A stretch of 52,530 nucleotides of DNA from an uncultured Mycoplasmatota bacterium. Its GTDB lineage: Bacteria; Bacillota_I; Bacilli_A; RF39; UBA660. The position numbers were made by a program, and so were the translations under genes. Positions 1-8,104 of the stretch are shown here, piece after piece (positions within the stretch are counted from its first letter, which is position 1; every line of letters starts with the position of its first letter). The notes beneath the pieces were generated by a model that saw nothing but the letters and a program-made list of their open reading frames with translations, was not told the origin of the DNA and made no database searches. The stretch spans positions 1-52,530 of the forward strand of contig URHJ01000005.1 of NCBI GenBank assembly GCA_900547465.1. Reading direction: 5' to 3'.

Positions 1-387
1 TGCTTTATATAATTTTAATTTACCGCTTTGATATATATAAATTACTTTTAATTTTAATTCTATTGAATGACTAATATTATATAAAATTGGAAATATCCAA
101 GTATCCAGCTTTTTATCTAAATTATCTTTAAGGCACCTATCTATCAATTCTATGGTGCATTCGTAATATGCATTAGCCATAATATCAAAATCATTTTCTT
201 CTGTATAGCTAAAATTAAAATTCCAACTAAGATAAGCAGTAGTATCTATTTGTTTTCCATATTTAAAAAATGATGGCATATTTTTACTAATAAATTCTAA
301 TTTTGAATCTTCTAATAATGAATATAAAAATTCCTTATTATTCTTTAATAAGTCTTCTTTCATTAATTTTTCTATAATATTTAACAT
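1..387 (-). CDS. Hypothetical protein, N-terminal 129 codons only (C-terminus lies beyond the left window edge); third gene downstream of the Gabija-like pair
   Basis: Absent from the ORF track because it runs off the window. ATG at 387-385 has AGAGGA about 9 nt upstream and lies 18 nt after the helicase stop. My translation is MLNIIEKLMKEDLLKNNKEFLYSLLEDSKLEF...DTWIFPILYNISHSIELKLKVIYIYQSGKLKLYKA, open to position 1. No family recognised. Confidence 0.55.
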   Translation of the reverse strand, partial: MLNIIEKLMKEDLLKNNKEFLYSLLEDSKLEFISKNMPSFFKYGKQIDTTAYLSWNFNFSYTEENDFDIMANAYYECTIELIDRCLKDNLDKKLDTWIFPILYNISHSIELKLKVIYIYQSGKLKLYKA

Positions 388-405
388 ATAACTTTTCCTC
401 TAAAT

Positions 406-1716
406 CTAATGTTCAAACCCTAAATGCTCTAATTCATCTAATCGTTTAAAATTACGTGGAATAACTAGATATAATCCTTTTTTTGCTCTAGTTAATGCAA
501 CATAAATTTTATTACTTTCCATATTCCTTTTGGATGTATCAAGTAAATATTTCAAAAAATTATTATCTATAATATAAAAACAATAATCTGCTTCTAACCC
601 TTTAACCTTATTAATACTATATATTTTATGTAAATTTGAATTACAACTAATATTGTTATTTATATAATCTAATAGTTGCATTTTTAAAATTGAACTTAAT
701 TCTATATTAAATTCTGATAATAGGCTATTTATTTTTATTATTTTTTTCTTTTGGGAATAACTATCATTTTTTATAATGATTTGTATTCTTGTATTAATAT
801 ATTTTTTATCATATGAACTTACATCTTCAAAATTCAAATTACAATCGTTTATAGATTCCTTATTAATAGTAAACTTTGAAGTGGATTCTTTCATATATAT
901 TAAAAACTCTTCATTATTATTTTGAAAATTACTTACTATTGATTCTAATTCATCATAAAATATATATTTCAATATTATATCTGAATTTTCAGTACTCTGT
1001 TGTTCAGTGTCAGGACATAATCTATTTGAAATAGTTATAAGATTAGCTCCACATCTATAACAGTTGCTATTATATTCAGGAATAATATTTCTTTTTTTTA
1101 ATTCTGCAATAAACCACCTTGAATAATCTCTTCCCATAATTTGTTGTTTAGGATCACCAACGATTGAAATGTTGATAGAGTTTTTACTAATAATTTTCAA
1201 AATAATTATTAAAATATCAATATCTAAATCCTGATACTCATCTATAAAAATACTATCAATATCAGAAATAAAATATTTAAAAATATTTTCACAAACTTCC
1301 TTTTGCTTTTTACTAAAATTACTTTTTCCACATAAAATCCACTTGGACATAGAAAAAACATTATCAGTATGAATACAGCTTTTATCTAATAATCTTGAAA
1401 ATTCATAATATTTACGATTATGATTATATTTAAAAGTAACAATATTTTCTATAGGTGTCTTTTGAAAAGTATATTTATAATAAGGATTAATAATCTCCTG
1501 AATACAAAATTTATGAACAGTCATAATTTTTACATTTTTAGGTAATGATCCATATTTTTTTACATAACTATTAATAATTTGATTTACAGCATAGTTTGTA
1601 TAGGTGATAACAAAAATCTTTTTATAATTAATTATGTCATTATAACGGTTAAATATTTTTTCAACTAATCCCGTTGTTTTTCCACCTCCAGCTCCTGAAA
1701 TTTCAATGCTAATCAT
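406..1716 (-). CDS. gajB: UvrD/PcrA/Rep-like superfamily 1 helicase, GajB-like (Gabija component B)
   Basis: Walker A SGAGGGKTT, motif II IFIDEYQDL, motif III IVGDPKQQI, KGLEADYCF, motif VI YVALTRAKKGLYLV. Lies directly downstream of an OLD-family nuclease. Likely start is ATG 1716 (MISIEISGAGGGK) with GGAGA 5 nt upstream, overlapping the gajA stop by 8 nt (ATGATTAG). The track start at 1728 is a TTG. Confidence 0.8.
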   Translation of the reverse strand: MISIEISGAGGGKTTGLVEKIFNRYNDIINYKKIFVITYTNYAVNQIINSYVKKYGSLPKNVKIMTVHKFCIQEIINPYYKYTFQKTPIENIVTFKYNHNRKYYEFSRLLDKSCIHTDNVFSMSKWILCGKSNFSKKQKEVCENIFKYFISDIDSIFIDEYQDLDIDILIIILKIISKNSINISIVGDPKQQIMGRDYSRWFIAELKKRNIIPEYNSNCYRCGANLITISNRLCPDTEQQSTENSDIILKYIFYDELESIVSNFQNNNEEFLIYMKESTSKFTINKESINDCNLNFEDVSSYDKKYINTRIQIIIKNDSYSQKKKIIKINSLLSEFNIELSSILKMQLLDYINNNISCNSNLHKIYSINKVKGLEADYCFYIIDNNFLKYLLDTSKRNMESNKIYVALTRAKKGLYLVIPRNFKRLDELEHLGFEH

Positions 1717-3439
1717 AACTGTCTCCAATTACTTTTTTTAAAATATCATCAATATATGGAGGGACTGTAATTTCATCATCACTATTAATAATTTTATCTG
1801 ATAATATCAATGCACATTTTGTTTTGTTATTGCTTTGAGTCATATAATCTTCCAATGCTTGATCTTTCTTAGAAAATAAATTTTCCAAATAAGTCTTATT
1901 GCTATAAATTAGTTCTACTTCAAAAGTTCTCCTTGTTATATCTGTTATTCCTATAAAAACTTTTTTTGATTCTTCGTTTAAAGCTTTATATTCATCTATT
2001 CTTGTCTGGCTTTCATCACTATCAGTAATAATACCAAGTGAATAAGTATTATAATAGGTAAGTTCTTTCTTTGCTTTCCATACCTCAATATACCTTTTGA
2101 AAGATATCCCATTTATAGAAAGAACCTGAACTTGACCCTTTAGTTTTTTTCTAGTTAAAATAGAGTTTATAAATATTTCCTCGCTTGGACCTTCAACTAA
2201 TATTACTTTTTTTAAAAATAAAATATCTAACAATTCATAATTTGGAACTTTAGAAAAAAATGTGGCAGTATCATCACTAATGCCTGATAAGTTATATATA
2301 TCATCACTTTTTAAGATGATAACATTTTTAATATTTAATTTATTAATTATAAATGATGAATGCGTGGTTATTAATATTTGCCTCTTTTTGTTAATTTCAC
2401 TTTCATTTTGAACTTCTTCTAAATAGTTTACAAGCTTATCTAATAAAGTTTTTGATAAATGCGCTTCTGGTTCTTCCACACAAATCAAATTGAAAACACC
2501 AGTTTCTGAAATATATTTAGACAATAGCAATGAAGTAAGAACTAGATTTTTTGTTCCCAACCCCTTGGTTTCAATATGCCCTTGATTAATTCCTAATTTT
2601 AAAGAAAAAAGTAAATCATTATAATTATCAGAATTCGGTAAAAAGGATAATTCATCTTTTTCATCTAAAATTTTAGAGAATGAACTATTAAAAGATGTTT
2701 TCAAAGAATTAATACCATCAATTTTAACTATTGAGTCAACCATATTGTTATAAATTTCAACCATATCAACTTTATCATTATTTTTTAAATTATCTTTTAA
2801 CATTTTTGGTAAAATACTATTTCTTTTAGAATTGACTAAACTTATAGATGGTTCATCACGTTCTGCATCAATAGTCAACACATTTACTCTTTGTAATTCA
2901 TCACTATCAACTCTCTTATTATCTGACAACGCAATAATTTGATAATCATAGTACTCCGATGGAATTAGAAATTTTTCTTTTTCCAAAGCTCTTTTACAAT
3001 AATCATACAATTCTTCTTTTTTATTTGATAATGGAGAAAAAATATATTTTATTTTTGCTACATCTTTATCATTTTTTTCATCATGCACTATCCAATTATT
3101 TACTATGGCTAATGTTTCTTCACCAAGCGATTCTATATTATCAAATGTTAAAGTTATTTCAATTTTTGGTAATAACTCAAAACATTCATCTTTAGTAAAA
3201 TCACCTTTTTCTGATAATAAACTATAAAATTCTGTAACGCTCAGATTATTAAAGTCATCCTTATATAATATTTTAGAATAATAATTTTGACTCTTATTAA
3301 ACAAAACTAAATTAATCGCTTTAATAAAGTTTGATTTTCCTGTATCATTTTCACCTATTAAAATTGAAAAAGGGAATAGGTCTACATTAACATTTCTAAA
3401 ATTTCTAAAATTTTTAATTTTCACATTACTTATAAACAT
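1709..3439 (-). CDS. gajA: OLD-family ATP-dependent endonuclease (ABC-type ATPase plus C-terminal TOPRIM), GajA-like (Gabija component A)
   Basis: N-terminal FISNVKIKNFRNF...LIGENDTGKSN (Walker A) and LICVEEPEAHL (Walker B). C-terminal TOPRIM residues ILVEGPSEE and GIITDSDES. About 576 aa from ATG 3439, which has GGAG 8 nt upstream. The track start at 3487 is a TTG with no SD. Confidence 0.85.
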   Translation of the reverse strand: MFISNVKIKNFRNFRNVNVDLFPFSILIGENDTGKSNFIKAINLVLFNKSQNYYSKILYKDDFNNLSVTEFYSLLSEKGDFTKDECFELLPKIEITLTFDNIESLGEETLAIVNNWIVHDEKNDKDVAKIKYIFSPLSNKKEELYDYCKRALEKEKFLIPSEYYDYQIIALSDNKRVDSDELQRVNVLTIDAERDEPSISLVNSKRNSILPKMLKDNLKNNDKVDMVEIYNNMVDSIVKIDGINSLKTSFNSSFSKILDEKDELSFLPNSDNYNDLLFSLKLGINQGHIETKGLGTKNLVLTSLLLSKYISETGVFNLICVEEPEAHLSKTLLDKLVNYLEEVQNESEINKKRQILITTHSSFIINKLNIKNVIILKSDDIYNLSGISDDTATFFSKVPNYELLDILFLKKVILVEGPSEEIFINSILTRKKLKGQVQVLSINGISFKRYIEVWKAKKELTYYNTYSLGIITDSDESQTRIDEYKALNEESKKVFIGITDITRRTFEVELIYSNKTYLENLFSKKDQALEDYMTQSNNKTKCALILSDKIINSDDEITVPPYIDDILKKVIGDSYD

Positions 3440-3513
3440 ACTACATACTCCATTTGTAAAAAAGAGCAATATTAACCCATACCTCAAGATTAATACTGCC
3501 CATCTCTAAATTA

Positions 3514-3548
3514 ATTATATCACGAAGATATAATTAAATCTATAATTT
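3514..3548 (-). promoter_or_regulatory. Candidate sigma-A promoter for gajA-gajB (extended -10 TGaTATAAT, weak -35 TAGATT)
   Basis: Reverse complement of 3514-3522 reads TGATATAAT. A 3/6 match to TTGACA lies 17 nt upstream. Confidence 0.35.
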
Positions 3549-3642
3549 AACAGCAATTCATACTTAAAATTAAATTTTAAATATATTCTGTCAAAAATAT
3601 CTTATTCAACAATTACTCAAATACAGCCGTCTTAATACCCAA

Positions 3643-3945
3643 TTAAATTATGTAATGGTAAGTAAACTCGTCACCTCCCGCATTTATGTGATTAGATACA
3701 ACTATTACATCATCATCCGCACCATAAAAATCTAACACCTTTTGAATCCTTTCATTTTTAGGCAAACTTGTATCAGAATCTCTAGTAAGTACAGCAGGTA
3801 TTCCTAATTGAGTTAAACGATCATATATATATTTAGCCGCTTTTAATGTAAAATCTTTCTCATACACATTTCCGCTAATAGCTCCCGGATCGCTACCTCC
3901 ATGTCCAGCATCAACAACAACACCTTTTAATGCTCTCTCATTCAT
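3643..3945 (-). pseudogene. Truncated N-acetylmuramoyl-L-alanine amidase (Amidase_3 family), N-terminal half only
   Basis: MNERALKGVVVDAGHGGSDPGA...EKDFTL...LTRDSD...VVSNHINAGG matches the first half of the Amidase_3/CwlD-type fold, including the first Zn ligands. The frame then ends after unrelated residues (DEFTYHYII), and the C-terminal half with the catalytic Glu is missing. A full-length paralog is present at 20456-21133. ATG 3945 has AGAGGTGA upstream. Confidence 0.55.
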
Positions 3946-3995
3946 CTTTTTCACCTCTAATATAGACTATGATAATAAAAATAAAATGTGAAAAA

Positions 3996-4022
3996 CAAAA
4001 AAAGACAACCATAAAGATTGTC
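3996..4022 (-). terminator. Weak rho-independent terminator after the 4027-5304 gene
   Basis: Minus strand reads GACAA-tctttatgg-TTGTC followed by TTTTTTT. The stem is only 5 bp. Confidence 0.35.
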
Positions 4023-4026
4023 AAAA

Positions 4027-5304
4027 TTATATTTTCTTATATACCTTTTTATTACCACTATCTTTAGATGCACCATTCAATAGCTTTTTCATCTGCTTTA
4101 AATCATTAATTTTTTCATTATTTGTTTTTTTACTATTAACAGCTAGATCAACTACATTAACCCAACCAACATTATTATACACTTCTCCATTTTTAGTATA
4201 TCCATCAAAGTTAATCGCAACATTTACCTTTGAATCACTACTTTTTATAGCATCTTTAACAACCTTATCTAATGTTTTTTTACTACCATTCTTAATTTTT
4301 TTAACTTTAATACCATTCTTATCACTAATTGAAACAATAGAAGGTTTATAATAACTACAACCTACTTTATCACTACTGACAATTGGTTTAGCTCCAGATG
4401 CTGAAGATTTAAATTTAACAGACTTTAAATAGTATCTATTTCCCAAAGTAAACTTCATATTTTTAGATTTACTTGTGCTCTTGCCACTATTTTTCCTTGT
4501 TTTTACTTTAACACTACTCTTAGTAGACCTTGCACTATTACTCATATTCATAAAATCATCATCAGTCATAACTCTTGAACTAAACTTTTTATCATTAATA
4601 TTATCATCATTTTGATGTGAAATTCCAAAAACACTACCAGCAAATATAGCCATACCAATAGCTATTGGTAAAATCTTTGATAACTTGTGCGATGAATTTT
4701 CATTTCTATTAGCCATATTCCTAATTTTAATCTTATCAAATATATTTAACTTAGAATTTTTCTTATAAAAACCATCAAATTGATACTCAATTGGATAAGC
4801 ATTTCCATTTCTTGCAAAATCTTCAGCAAAATTACTATTCATTTTCTTATCAAATTTAGAAAGTGCAGAATACAAATTAACATCTATATTTTGTAAAGTA
4901 TAACTACCATACTTATCTATTATTTCTTTTACTACTTTACTATTTTTCTTCATATCATCTCTACAAATAGAAATAGGCTCACAAAAACTTCTACCATTCT
5001 TATTATAACTTATTTTATAAGAGGCACTACTCATATCAAAGATAACTTCATTAATAGAAACTGAACTATTATCAATTTTCTCAACATCTCTATTATTTAA
5101 AACAGGTCCAATACTTCTCTTCATTTTTAAAATTTCATTTCTTTTAGACTTTAAATTATTAATGTCTAATAAAATGCTTGGATCACCATAAATACCCTCC
5201 GATGAAATATATTTTTCTGTCAATTGATTTATTTGATCATTTAATTCTTCTATTTTCTTATCACACTGCTTAACTCTTTTTTTCTTTAATAAATAATCAC
5301 TCAT
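4027..5304 (-). CDS. Hypothetical single-pass membrane protein (coiled-coil N-terminus, Lys/Ser-rich C-terminal region)
   Basis: 425-aa ORF with AAAGGGGA SD. One hydrophobic segment, ILPIAIGMAIFAGSVFGI. No recognisable catalytic motif. Confidence 0.6.
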   Translation of the reverse strand: MSDYLLKKKRVKQCDKKIEELNDQINQLTEKYISSEGIYGDPSILLDINNLKSKRNEILKMKRSIGPVLNNRDVEKIDNSSVSINEVIFDMSSASYKISYNKNGRSFCEPISICRDDMKKNSKVVKEIIDKYGSYTLQNIDVNLYSALSKFDKKMNSNFAEDFARNGNAYPIEYQFDGFYKKNSKLNIFDKIKIRNMANRNENSSHKLSKILPIAIGMAIFAGSVFGISHQNDDNINDKKFSSRVMTDDDFMNMSNSARSTKSSVKVKTRKNSGKSTSKSKNMKFTLGNRYYLKSVKFKSSASGAKPIVSSDKVGCSYYKPSIVSISDKNGIKVKKIKNGSKKTLDKVVKDAIKSSDSKVNVAINFDGYTKNGEVYNNVGWVNVVDLAVNSKKTNNEKINDLKQMKKLLNGASKDSGNKKVYKKI

Positions 5305-5439
5305 AATATTCCCCTTTCACAAGTTTCTACATTATACCATAAATTGTAAAATAAAGCAAATTATAACAACCTCTCATTGCATTTAAATTTTCTTTATGAT
5401 AAAATCAAATTATATAATAGAAGGAGAGGAATGAAAATA

Positions 5440-5997
5440 ATGAGAAATGATGCAAAAAGAAATGGTGTTATAATAGGTGCACTTTTAATTACAATCGCAT
5501 TAATGACAATCGGTTATGCAGCACTTGCTACTCAATTAACAATCAATGGTACAGCAAGTACAGGCGATGCAAGTTGGAATATTGAGTTTGAATCAATAAC
5601 TAAAAATGCTGATCTAACAACTGCTGGTGCTACTGAAAAAAGTCTACCAACAGCAAGTGGTACTGCTGCTACATTTAATGTCGAACTAGCTAAACCTGGA
5701 GCAAAAATGACATATGACTTAGTAGTAGTTAACAATGGTACTATTGATGCAACATTTAACGAAATCACTGGTATTGATGAGTTAAATACAGCTGAACCAA
5801 AAGCTATAACATATAAGGCTGAAAGACTTGACAGTGCAAATGGTTCGCCAGTAACTGGTTCAGGTGACTTACTAGCTAAAGGAAAAAATTACTTTAGAGT
5901 AACAGTTGAATGGCCAGCTGACTCAAACACAGTACCTACTGAAACAACATCTAAAACAGGTACTATTTACTTAGACTATGTTCAAAAAGCAAGCTAA
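5440..5997 (+). CDS. Secreted TasA/camelysin-like protein (SipW-dependent type)
   Basis: N-terminal basic region plus TM (VIIGALLITIALMTIGYAALATQL). The mature part has VELAKPGAKMTYDLVVVNNGTIDATF, which parallels the TasA/camelysin KPGD...NxG(S/T)(L/I) core. GGAGAGG lies 10 nt before ATG 5440. ATG 5431 is an alternative start, and the track start at 5377 is a TTG. Confidence 0.6.
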   Translation: MRNDAKRNGVIIGALLITIALMTIGYAALATQLTINGTASTGDASWNIEFESITKNADLTTAGATEKSLPTASGTAATFNVELAKPGAKMTYDLVVVNNGTIDATFNEITGIDELNTAEPKAITYKAERLDSANGSPVTGSGDLLAKGKNYFRVTVEWPADSNTVPTETTSKTGTIYLDYVQKAS

Positions 5998-6014
5998 TAA
6001 ATAGGTGATATAAT

Positions 6015-6893
6015 ATGAAAAAAATAAAAAAGAATAAGTTAAGTATTTATCATAAAATTGGAATTATCTACGTTATAATTCTATTGACAATAAGTACAGC
6101 TTATTCTTTTTTAAGTGAAAATTTATCATTAGAAGCAACGACAAGCATAAAAAGCTCAGATAAAAATTACAAAGTAGAAGTAACACCAATTTCTAAAACT
6201 GATTATAACGGGATCTACTATTATGAGTACAATGTAATAATAACTTATCTAGGAACAGAAACAACAACCGGATGGACTACATATATAGACGTGCCATATA
6301 CAACACAAATAACAGGATGTTACAATGCAAATAGCTGTGATATTGAAGGACAAGTACTAACAGTAACAAATGCAGATTATAACGCTAGTTTATCGCCAAG
6401 TAATACCTCAGCATCGTTCAACATAAAATTTGAAACTGATGAAGCAGATTATTCGTTAAATATTTTAGATGTACAATTTAAAACAGGAAATACGACTACT
6501 GATCCAGATCCAACTCCTAACCCTAATCCGGATAAACCAACAGCAGTAGATTATGTAAAAATATCATATGTTATGCAGAATGACTGGGGAAATCGTCAAT
6601 GGCATGTTCTAACCATAGAAAATGTATCAGACTCAGTCACAATAACATCTTGGACTGCAACATTAAAAGTATCTTCAAGTGATACAATGACTAATGCAAA
6701 TATATGGGGCGGTACATATAGTTACGATGAAGCCAGTGGAATAATAACTGTATCAGGTCCAAGTTGGTCACCTTCTCTTGCCCCTTCTTCCAAAGCAGAG
6801 ATAAACTTTCAAATTGCTCCACCAGAGCCAGAATTAATTTCATTTGAAGGTATAACATCAACTGGAGAAAAAATAACTACAACAATAAACTAG
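6015..6893 (+). CDS. Secreted protein with two CBM2-like beta-sandwich modules joined by a Pro/Thr/Asn/Asp linker
   Basis: N-terminal signal/anchor IGIIYVIILLTISTAYSFLSENL and linker TTTDPDPTPNPNPDKPT. The C-terminal module YVMQNDWGNRQWHVLTIENVSD...SWTATLKV...IWGGTYSY...VSGPSWSPSLAPSSKAEINFQI aligns by eye with family-2 carbohydrate-binding modules. The N-terminal module is a more divergent copy. Confidence 0.6.
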   Translation: MKKIKKNKLSIYHKIGIIYVIILLTISTAYSFLSENLSLEATTSIKSSDKNYKVEVTPISKTDYNGIYYYEYNVIITYLGTETTTGWTTYIDVPYTTQITGCYNANSCDIEGQVLTVTNADYNASLSPSNTSASFNIKFETDEADYSLNILDVQFKTGNTTTDPDPTPNPNPDKPTAVDYVKISYVMQNDWGNRQWHVLTIENVSDSVTITSWTATLKVSSSDTMTNANIWGGTYSYDEASGIITVSGPSWSPSLAPSSKAEINFQIAPPEPELISFEGITSTGEKITTTIN

Positions 6894-6904
6894 AGGAGGT
6901 TAAA

Positions 6905-8092
6905 ATGAGAAACTTTAATAAAAAAATAATTTTAATTTATATAATATTAATTCTCTACATTTTGTTTACAACATTATTTGGATATAAAAATTTTAACGCA
7001 GTCACAACAAATATAATTAATCCATTATTCTATATAATAACATTTATAATAAGTATTATCTTATCAGATGCTGACAGTAAACAAAGAATTAAAGGAAAAA
7101 ACAATAAATATCAAACCGTTTTCATAGTAACAATTTCTTATTTAATATTATATACTCTTTCTGGATTATTTTTAGGATATGTAAAAAGTATTTATTCCCA
7201 TACTATTCTAAGCATACTAAAAAATATATGGATTTATATTACACCAATTGTTTTTATAGAACTAACAAGAAACATTTTAATTAGGAATTCCGGAGATAAA
7301 AAAGTACCATTTATAGTAATTTCCATACTTTTTACCATAATTGAAATAAATTTATTTAATATAATTAACATAACAGATAAAAAGGAAATTTTTAAATCAA
7401 TATTTGAAATAATTATTCCAGCAATAACAAAAAACCTATGCTTAACATATATATCAAAAACATCAGGTTACATAACAAATTTAATATATTTACTTCCCCA
7501 AAAACTTACAACTATTATACTTCCTATATTTCCAGATTTAGACTGGTACTTTACAGGTTTATTTGGAATATTAGTACCAATCTTTGCATTTATCCCAATC
7601 AAATACATTGATAACAAAATAGATATAACAAACACAAGGCAAAGAATAAAAAAAGAGAAACCAATAAACTTCATCATTATAACAATACCGTTAATCATCT
7701 TTGCATTATTTGTTGCAGGTTTTTTCAGATACAAACCAACCGCAATAATGTCAAATAGTATGCACCCAATCTATGATAGAGGAGACGTCGTAATTGTAGA
7801 AAAATCAACTAAAACAGTATTAAACAACTTAAAAAAGTATGATATAATAGAATATATGCTAGACAAAACTATTGTTGCCCATAGAATTATTTACATTGAA
7901 AAACACAATGATAATACAAGATTATATATAACAAAAGGTGACAATAACAATATGGCTGATAAAGAAAAAGTTACTAATGATCAAATAAAAGGAAAAGTAA
8001 TATTTAGAATACCAAAAATAGGTTACCCAAGTGTTTGGTTAAATGAATTTTTAAATAAAAAGGAAGATGTTGCAGTAGAGACAGGAAAATAA
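6905..8092 (+). CDS. SipW-type (archaeal/ER-type, S26B) signal peptidase I fused to a roughly 260-aa polytopic N-terminal membrane domain
   Basis: C-terminal 125 aa carry AIMSNSMHPIYDRGDVVIV (nucleophile Ser), IAHRII (His of the Ser-His dyad) and TKGDNNNMAD (GDNN box). The N-terminal 260 aa contain about 8 hydrophobic segments. GAGGAGG SD. Confidence 0.75.
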   Translation: MRNFNKKIILIYIILILYILFTTLFGYKNFNAVTTNIINPLFYIITFIISIILSDADSKQRIKGKNNKYQTVFIVTISYLILYTLSGLFLGYVKSIYSHTILSILKNIWIYITPIVFIELTRNILIRNSGDKKVPFIVISILFTIIEINLFNIINITDKKEIFKSIFEIIIPAITKNLCLTYISKTSGYITNLIYLLPQKLTTIILPIFPDLDWYFTGLFGILVPIFAFIPIKYIDNKIDITNTRQRIKKEKPINFIIITIPLIIFALFVAGFFRYKPTAIMSNSMHPIYDRGDVVIVEKSTKTVLNNLKKYDIIEYMLDKTIVAHRIIYIEKHNDNTRLYITKGDNNNMADKEKVTNDQIKGKVIFRIPKIGYPSVWLNEFLNKKEDVAVETGK

Positions 8093-8104
8093 GGAAGTGT
8101 AATT

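Noticed and set aside
2959-3195. 78-aa + strand ORF inside gajA. The same applies to 5532-5768, 7468-7734, 12939-13151, 16336-16539, 50486-50680 and 51648-51941.
   Set aside because: All lie antisense within long, motif-supported genes. They have low-complexity Ile/Leu/Phe-rich translations typical of AT-rich antisense frames, and none has a convincing SD.
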